Assembly: GCA_963746845.1 (NCBI GenBank)
Contig: CAVVCZ010000005.1
Span: 160,001 to 224,000 of the forward strand
Direction: 5' to 3'
DNA: 64,000 nucleotides
Origin: an uncultured Chloroflexia bacterium
GTDB taxonomy: Bacteria > Chloroflexota > Limnocylindria > Limnocylindrales > CSP1-4
Every line of letters starts with the position of its first letter. Position 1 is the stretch's first letter. Below are positions 57,738 to 64,000 of this stretch, piece by piece. The notes beneath the pieces are model-generated. The model saw only the letters and a list, made by a program, of their open reading frames with translations. It did not search any database and was not told where the DNA came from. Made by a program: the position numbers and the translations under genes.

Positions 57738-59225
57738 TCAGCGCCAGCTGTTGCCGCCCGTGTCGGTGATCTGGCCGAGGATCACGCCGCGACCCACTGA
57801 GCTGGTGGTCACGGAGTTGGAGACCGTGCCCGTGTTGTCCGAGCCGAAGTCCATGGCCACGCCGGTGGCGTGACCGGAGTCCGACACCCGCCAGCCGCTG
57901 ATCTTGACGCCGGTGGTGTGGTTGCGGATGACCAGCGCCCAGTTGGCGTCGGCGATCGTCCAGTTGCGGGCCGTGACGTTGTAGACCGAGGCGCCCGAGC
58001 CGCCGGTGTAGACGTGCAGCCCGCTGAGCCCGTAGGAGGCGCCGGCCACGTCGGACGCCTGGACGTGGGCGACGTTGAAGTCGTCGAACACCAGGTCGTG
58101 CGAGCCGCGCGAGACGTAGATCACGTGGGAGTTCTGGCTGCCGCTCAAGGAGTTCGCGGCCGCGTACCGGACGGTGATGCAGTCGGCGGTGATGAAGCTC
58201 GACCCGATGACCAGGAACAGCCCGGTCTGGGCGAGCAGGTAGTGCGAGAAGGCGAACCGGCCGGGGCAGCCGTCCAGGGTGATGTGCGCGGCGCCGGAGA
58301 AGTAGAACGCCGGGTCGCCGTAGCTGCCATCGTTGGCCGCGTCGAAGGTCACCGTCGCGCCCGGTGCGGCCCGGATCACGAGCGGCGTCGTCCGGCTGAT
58401 CTGGGCCCGCCAGCCGTGGTACACACCGCCGGCCATCTCGATGACGCCGACCGACGTGTTCGCGGCGAGCGCCTCGAATGCCGACACGCTGATGCTCGAG
58501 GTGACCCGCCGAACCGAGCCTGGAGCGCTTGCCGCCGGGGCCGCCCGACTCGTCGTGGCAACCGGTCTCGGCGAAGCTGTCGATGCCGTCCGCGCGCTGC
58601 TGACAGCACCCACGCGCAACGTGTCGATCGCGACCATCGGGTGACCGGAGGTCCCCACGACGACGATCTTCAGCGTGTGCGATCGCGACGAGGACCAGCT
58701 GGCGGAGTACAGCGTCTTCCGAGGGATGAAGACGCTGCGATACAGGCTCACGGTCTTCTTGTAGACGCCGTCCACGTAGACCTTGGCGGAGCCGCGGGTC
58801 GGCCCGACCGGACCGACCCAGCTGACGCCGACGCCGGTGAAGCGGAAGGTCGCCGAGGCGTTCTTCTGGCGCGAATAGCGGACCGCACCACCGGAGTAGC
58901 CGGATGCCTTCGCCGATGCCCACGTCCCGCTGTAGGTGACGCGGGAGGAGCTCTCCTGGTAGCTGGTCGTCTTCGTGGAGATCCGGGAGGCCGCGGTCGC
59001 GCCGCTCAGGACGAACGGTGTCTCGGACTCGGTGGAATTGGTGGCCGCGGCGCTCGTGGAGCCGGCAGAGAGGGCCGGTTGCGTCGGGTGAGACGCGGGA
59101 GCGGGGCCTGAGTGAAGAGCGACGGCAGTGCCGTCGACTGACAGGAAGATCGCGACGACAAGCGCGATCCGGGCGATGGACGACGGAACCGTTTGACGGA
59201 CCGACACCCTCTGGGTGCCCTTCAT
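57738..59225 (-). CDS. Secreted protein, paralog D: CBM-like beta-sandwich + beta-helix-like domain
   Basis: Signal peptide, same module as C, C-terminal domain near-identical to B, ends GGNSWR. Confidence 0.8.
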   Translation of the reverse strand: MKGTQRVSVRQTVPSSIARIALVVAIFLSVDGTAVALHSGPAPASHPTQPALSAGSTSAAATNSTESETPFVLSGATAASRISTKTTSYQESSSRVTYSGTWASAKASGYSGGAVRYSRQKNASATFRFTGVGVSWVGPVGPTRGSAKVYVDGVYKKTVSLYRSVFIPRKTLYSASWSSSRSHTLKIVVVGTSGHPMVAIDTLRVGAVSSARTASTASPRPVATTSRAAPAASAPGSVRRVTSSISVSAFEALAANTSVGVIEMAGGVYHGWRAQISRTTPLVIRAAPGATVTFDAANDGSYGDPAFYFSGAAHITLDGCPGRFAFSHYLLAQTGLFLVIGSSFITADCITVRYAAANSLSGSQNSHVIYVSRGSHDLVFDDFNVAHVQASDVAGASYGLSGLHVYTGGSGASVYNVTARNWTIADANWALVIRNHTTGVKISGWRVSDSGHATGVAMDFGSDNTGTVSNSVTTSSVGRGVILGQITDTGGNSWR

Positions 59226-59561
59226 GGAAACCGGCAAAACTCTTGCCTCCTCTCTACCAGACGCTGCGGGGGACAGCGACGGTGGACATGGCTCCGCCCG
59301 GATCGGCGCGCGCCAAACAGCGCGATAGCGGGGATCGAGGCTGGGGGCCTTGAGCGGTCGGGGGACGCTGCTGGGGGGGAACGCCCATCGCCGACGGCCC
59401 AAGTATGCCGTCTCCTGCGAATTGGTGCTCCCGGCGCCGCACCGGGGCCGTCGGTGGACGCGCAGGGCGGCCCTGGCGATCATGGGCGCGCGGGTCGATC
59501 GACTTGACCCAGGGACTACCCGACGCCTCGAGATGCAGGGCCTGCACGAGCGCGATCTGAG

Positions 59562-60407
59562 CTAGGCGTCCTGGCTGGGGTAGCTGCCGAGCACGCGGGT
59601 CATCGTCGTGACCGCGCGCACCTCGTCGAGGGCCGCCGCCATCGGAGGGTCGCCGGCGGCGCCGTCGAGGTCGATCCAGAAGACGTACTCCCACGGCCGC
59701 TCGCGCATCGGCCGCGACTCCAGCTTCCGCATGTTCAGCTGGTGGTCCGCGATGACCCGGAGCACGGCGAGCAGCGTCCCGGGCTCGTTCCGGACCGCGA
59801 CGACGATCGTCGTGCGCGGGACCGTCCGGAGACCGGCCACGAGCGGCCGCACGTTCCCGTCGGACGGAGCGACGACGACGAACCTGGTCCGGTTGCCCTC
59901 GAGGTCGCCGATCTCGCCGGCCAGGATCTCGAGCCCGAACAGACGCGCGGCCCGCGGTGACAGGACCGCGGCCGCGCCGCGCTCACCGCGGTCGACGATC
60001 GCCTTGCCCGCCCCCGCGGTGTTGTACGTCGACAGGAGCTGCCACGGCCGGCTCCGCAGGAAGGCCTCCGCCTGGCCGAGCGCCTGGAGGTGCGAATACA
60101 CCCGCTCGATGTCCTCGAGGCGCTGGCCGGGCAGCGCGGCAAGGCACAGCGCCACCGGCACGACGACCTCGCCGTGGATGACGAGCGGATGCTCCAGGAG
60201 CAGGTCGTAGTTCTCGCGGACGGTGCCGTGGATGACGTTCTCGATGGGGATCACACCCGCCGCCCCGTCGCCCGCCACGACCTCGTCGAAGACGGACCGG
60301 AAGCTGCCGACGGGCCGGCGATCGACGTCGCCGAAGGCGGCGAGGACGGCGTCCTCGGCGAACGCGCCCGGCTCCCCCGCGTAGATGATCGCCTCAGTCG
60401 TCGTCAT
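59562..60407 (-). CDS. pheA: Prephenate dehydratase
   Basis: GEPGAFA, PIENVIHGTV, SHLQALGQ, NRTRF, ACT domain with LESRP. Confidence 0.95.
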   Translation of the reverse strand: MTTTEAIIYAGEPGAFAEDAVLAAFGDVDRRPVGSFRSVFDEVVAGDGAAGVIPIENVIHGTVRENYDLLLEHPLVIHGEVVVPVALCLAALPGQRLEDIERVYSHLQALGQAEAFLRSRPWQLLSTYNTAGAGKAIVDRGERGAAAVLSPRAARLFGLEILAGEIGDLEGNRTRFVVVAPSDGNVRPLVAGLRTVPRTTIVVAVRNEPGTLLAVLRVIADHQLNMRKLESRPMRERPWEYVFWIDLDGAAGDPPMAAALDEVRAVTTMTRVLGSYPSQDA

Positions 60408-62562
60408 CGCGTCCGAGGATCAGCCGGTACAGCACGACGAAGCTGACGAACAGCGTGATCCCGAACGCGATCATCGCTGCGTACGCGACGCCGACGTACT
60501 GGGACAGGTTCGGCTGGAGGAGGATCGCCATCACGATCGCCGTGCCGATGAGCTGGCCGACGACGATCAACCCGATCGTCGCCTGCCGCCCGACCGCACC
60601 CACCTTGCCGATCGAGCGGCCGAGGTCGGACGTATCGACCTCCACGACGAGCTTGCCCCGGTTGATGACATCGAGCCACTTCAACAGCGATTCGTCGAGC
60701 GTCGGGGCGCGCCGGGCGAGCTCCTTCCCGATCCGGATGGCCCGGCCCTGGACCTCTTTGAAGACGCGGTCGGGCTCGAGCGCCTCCAGGAGCGCCGCGC
60801 GCGCCTCCTCCACCGCGGCCTCGCCGAGATCGAGATCGAACGCCATCTGGCGGGCCGTGTCCTCCGCTTGCACGACCGCCTTGACCGCGAGGGTGAGCTG
60901 ACTGTCCAGGCGGAGACCCTGCTCGAAGGCTGCGCCGAGGAACCCCGCGAGCGCGCCGCCGATCGAGTCCGCCTGTCCGTAGACGAGATACTGGCGCCCC
61001 ATCCGATCGACCGATGAACGGAACGCCGCCTCGTCGAACGACCGCGACGGTTCGCCGAGCGCGATGAGACTGTCGGCGATCCCCGAGATGTCGACCTCCC
61101 GAACGGCGTAGACGAGACCCAGCAGGTCGACCCGTTGCGCCGTGCTCAGCTGACCGACGAGCCCGAGGTCGAGGAAGACGATCTGACCCGACGCCGTGTC
61201 GACCAGGACGTTGCCGGGGTGCGGGTCGCCGTGAAAGAAGCCGTCGACGAGGACCTGCTTGATGATCGCCCGCATGAAGGTCGACCCGAGCGCCGACGGG
61301 TCGAGGCCGGCCGCCCGGATCCCCTCGAGGTCCGAGAGCGGGACGCCGCGCACGAACTCCATCGTCAGGACGCGGCTTGACGACCGCTCCGGGTACACCG
61401 TCGGGATGTGGATGGTCTCGAACCGGGCCATGCCGTCCGCGAGCCGGTGGGCGTGGTACGCCTCGTTGCGGTAGTCGAGCTCCTCGAGGACGGCCCCGGC
61501 GAACTCCCCGACGATCGCCCGGATGCTCATCTGCCGGGCCACCGCGAAGCGCGACTCGGCGGTCTTGGCCAGCTCCTGCATGACGCCGAGGTCGGCCTTG
61601 GTCTTGGCCACGATCCGCGGCCGCTGGATCTTGACCGCGACCGCCGTGCCGTCGGCCAGCGTCGCGCGATGCACCTGGGCGGTCGAGGCGGCCGCGAACG
61701 GCTCCTCCTCGATCGTGGCGAAGAGCTCCTCCGGCGGACGTCCCAGCTCGGCCAGGATCACGCCGTGTGCCTCGATCCAGGGGAAGGGCTCGGCGTCGGA
61801 CTGGAGCCTGGCGAGCTCGGTCGTCCACTCCGGCGGCAGGATGTCCGTGCGGCCGGCCATCATCTGGCCGATCTTCACGTAGGTCGGGCCGAGCTGCTGC
61901 AGGAGGGCGCCGACACGCTTCGGGGCGCTCTCGTCCTCCGCGAGCCGGACCTCACCGAGGATGTGCCGCTCGAACCAGCGCCGGAGGCTGCCGATCGGCG
62001 TGCCCTCGAAGGCGATGTCGATGCTCGTCTGGTAGAGCGCCTCGTAGACCTGTTGCAGCCGGAGGTTCTCGATGATCGCGTTCCGGCGCGGCGTCGGCAG
62101 GGTCTCGAGGAGCGTCCAGACGGAGCCGCCGGTCGGCCCGCCGACCTGTGGCCGGTTCAGGCCGAGCAGCGCGTCGACGATGAGCGAAGCCACCGAGAAG
62201 AGCGCCGCCATCAGGAGCAACCAGAGCGGCTGCGGGTCGGCGAGGACGGCGATCTCGCCGGGGAAGAGCCGCGACGTCAGGGCGATCGTGAGGGCCGTGA
62301 TGACGATCACGAACAGCCCGAGCGTCGAGAAGATCAACCGCCCGAACAGGGCCACGAGCAGCGGGCGGACGATCCGGTTGACGACGACGAAGAGCCCGCC
62401 CCACGCGAGGTAGACCAGCGCTCCCGACGCCACCGGCTGGAGGATCGGGACGGACTCCTGGCCGAACGGGAAGGGCTGCGTGACGTGGATCAGGCTGAGG
62501 ACGAAGACGACCGCGACGGCGATCAGCCCGTCGATGACCGCGTGGATGAGGAAACGGCGCAC
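60394..62562 (-). CDS. AarF/UbiB (ABC1) atypical kinase with N-terminal phage-holin-4/YvlD-like membrane domain
   Basis: LGPTYVKIGQ, AAAS, VAVKIQRP, FFHGDPHPGN, LDLG; N-terminal VNRIVRPLL...TLGLFVIVI. Confidence 0.9.
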   Translation of the reverse strand: MRRFLIHAVIDGLIAVAVVFVLSLIHVTQPFPFGQESVPILQPVASGALVYLAWGGLFVVVNRIVRPLLVALFGRLIFSTLGLFVIVITALTIALTSRLFPGEIAVLADPQPLWLLLMAALFSVASLIVDALLGLNRPQVGGPTGGSVWTLLETLPTPRRNAIIENLRLQQVYEALYQTSIDIAFEGTPIGSLRRWFERHILGEVRLAEDESAPKRVGALLQQLGPTYVKIGQMMAGRTDILPPEWTTELARLQSDAEPFPWIEAHGVILAELGRPPEELFATIEEEPFAAASTAQVHRATLADGTAVAVKIQRPRIVAKTKADLGVMQELAKTAESRFAVARQMSIRAIVGEFAGAVLEELDYRNEAYHAHRLADGMARFETIHIPTVYPERSSSRVLTMEFVRGVPLSDLEGIRAAGLDPSALGSTFMRAIIKQVLVDGFFHGDPHPGNVLVDTASGQIVFLDLGLVGQLSTAQRVDLLGLVYAVREVDISGIADSLIALGEPSRSFDEAAFRSSVDRMGRQYLVYGQADSIGGALAGFLGAAFEQGLRLDSQLTLAVKAVVQAEDTARQMAFDLDLGEAAVEEARAALLEALEPDRVFKEVQGRAIRIGKELARRAPTLDESLLKWLDVINRGKLVVEVDTSDLGRSIGKVGAVGRQATIGLIVVGQLIGTAIVMAILLQPNLSQYVGVAYAAMIAFGITLFVSFVVLYRLILGRDDDD

Positions 62563-62624
62563 CGCAGACCCTCCGGGCGCCCGACGTGGTCGCCAGCCTC
62601 GTCAGCGTAGCGTCTCGACGACCC

Positions 62625-63188
62625 TCAGTGGTTGAACCAGTCCGTCGTGTCGATCTGGCCGGCTTCCTCGTCGAGCTCCGCACGACGCGCCTTCGCCACG
62701 GGCTCGCTGACGCGCGCCCGCTTGCGGTTGCCCGCGGACTCCGTCGCGCCGGACCAGTGCTCCTCGGCGAGCAGCCCGTTGATCGCGTCGATGTACGCCT
62801 CGATCGAGGCCGCGATGATGTTCGTCGAGACGACCTCGCCGACATAGCGGCCGGAGCCCCGAGCGCCCTCGGCGGACGCCGGCGGGCCGATCGCGACCGT
62901 GACGCGGCCCTCGGCGTCCGGGCCCTCGGCGACGGCGTGGACGTCGTACGACAGCAGACGCGGCTGGCCGGTGAGGACATCGACGAGTGCGCTGTCGACG
63001 GCCCGGAACAGCGCGTCGACGGCGCCATTGCCCTCGGCGGCGGCCTCCCACTGGTGATCGCCGGCGGCGATGACGACCGCGCCGCGGCTGTTCGCGTTCG
63101 AGCCGGAGGTGACGGTCCAGCGCGCGAGGTGGAGGGTGTCGGCGGAGTCCGCGGAGGGGCTCGGAGCGGGCGTCGGGGTCGTGGCCAT
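62625..63188 (-). CDS. Stand-alone LeuA allosteric (dimerisation) domain protein
   Basis: AEGNGAVDALFRA, LLSYDVHAV, STNIIAASIEAYIDAIN. Confidence 0.85.
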   Translation of the reverse strand: MATTPTPAPSPSADSADTLHLARWTVTSGSNANSRGAVVIAAGDHQWEAAAEGNGAVDALFRAVDSALVDVLTGQPRLLSYDVHAVAEGPDAEGRVTVAIGPPASAEGARGSGRYVGEVVSTNIIAASIEAYIDAINGLLAEEHWSGATESAGNRKRARVSEPVAKARRAELDEEAGQIDTTDWFNH

Positions 63189-63193
63189 GCGGG

Positions 63194-64000
63194 TTACCTC
63201 CCGGTCGGTGACGTCGCCGCGGGGGTCACCGACGCCGTCGTGAAGTGTCGCTCGTCGCGGCGCCTGAGCTCGGCGCCGGACTTCCAGATCGCGTATTCGA
63301 GGGAGTCGGCGAGGGCGATCGCCGACGCCGCGATGATGTTCGTGTCGCTGCCCATCGTCGACCACTCGCGGGTGCCGTCCGACGAGTCGATGATCACCCG
63401 CGTCCGGGCGGCCGTCGCCGAGTCGCCGTCGAGGATCCGGACCTTGTAGTCGTACAGGTGGACGTCGTCGAGCTGGGGATAGAACGCCCGGAGTGCCTTG
63501 CGGAGCGCCGCATCCAGGGCATTCACGGGCCCGTTGCCGTCGGCGGCGGTGTGGAGGACCTCCCCGTCGACCTCGACCTTGACCGTCGCCTCGGCGAGGA
63601 GCTCGCGGCCGGCCCGCTGCTCGACGAGGCAGGTGTAGTCGACGATCCGGAACGGCGCGGCGTAGTCCGCCTGGTGGCGGCGGATCAGGAGCTCGAAGCT
63701 CGCCTCGGCGCCCTCGAACGCGAGCCCCTCGCTCTCGAGCTGCTTGACGAGCTCGCTCAGGACCTTCGGATCGATCACGCCCTCCAGCTGGTGGCCGAGC
63801 TGCTCGGCCCGGATCCGCGTGTTCGCCCGCCCGCCCAGCTCCGACACGACCAGCCGGCCCTGGTTGCCGACCGCCGTCGGATCGATGTGCTGGTAGCTCC
63901 GCTCGACCTTCGCGACGGCGGCTCCGTGGACGCCGCCCTTGTGGGCGAACGCGGACCGTCCGACGTAGGGCTGCCAGTCGTTGGGATTGACGTTCGCGAT
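63194..64000 (-). CDS. cimA: Citramalate synthase, C-terminal part (5' end outside the window)
   Basis: AFAHKGGVH, YQHIDP, VSELGG, FEGAEASFELL, GNGPVNALD, DYKVRIL, NIIAAS. Confidence 0.9.
   Translation of the reverse strand: MANVNPNDWQPYVGRSAFAHKGGVHGAAVAKVERSYQHIDPTAVGNQGRLVVSELGGRANTRIRAEQLGHQLEGVIDPKVLSELVKQLESEGLAFEGAEASFELLIRRHQADYAAPFRIVDYTCLVEQRAGRELLAEATVKVEVDGEVLHTAADGNGPVNALDAALRKALRAFYPQLDDVHLYDYKVRILDGDSATAARTRVIIDSSDGTREWSTMGSDTNIIAASAIALADSLEYAIWKSGAELRRRDERHFTTASVTPAATSPTGR

Noticed and set aside
59226-59560. Second riboswitch upstream of paralog D
   Set aside because: No GEMM core (GCAAAGC, GNRA stem) found on the sense strand

Overview
Very GC-rich bacterial chromosomal segment. 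Gene content and style suggest Chloroflexota (Limnocylindria/Ellin6529-like), which is inference only. Several single-base frameshifts suggest a long-read or MAG assembly. 1-23 kb: metabolic genes, including a phosphoesterase, MFS transporter, SDR, two pyrrolysine-free MttB-family methyltransferases, AlkZ-like glycosylase, kynA, cysteine dioxygenase-like protein, ltaE, acyl-CoA synthetase, PRTase, a BNR-propeller + MoaD pair, a degenerate lysine 5,6-aminomutase alpha-like protein, a MoaD-MoaE fusion, an O-methyltransferase and an M23 peptidase. 23.2-46.8 kb: a Wzx/Wzy polysaccharide locus (CapD-like, DegT, initiating sugar transferase, ACP-AsnB-NadE-adenylation-GNAT tailoring module, flippase, Wzz, Wzy, a 1-kb direct repeat of a GT2 gene flanking a GT4, VanZ, methyltransferase, deacetylase-like proteins). 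46.9-64 kb: acyl-CoA catabolism, ALDH, PPK2, a DUF853 ATPase, two secreted CBM-like/beta-helix proteins, pheA, a holin-ABC1 kinase fusion, a stand-alone LeuA regulatory domain and cimA. Most notable: (i) a GEMM-I riboswitch with A at the position-20 equivalent (candidate c-AMP-GMP sensor) on one member of a four-gene mosaic family of secreted beta-helix proteins, two of which sit inside the polysaccharide locus; (ii) an orphan KamD-like protein lacking the PLP-contacting motifs; (iii) near-identical GT2 repeats that differ mostly non-synonymously. No rRNA, tRNA, CRISPR array or transposase was recognised. All family calls are by-eye motif recognition, not database hits.
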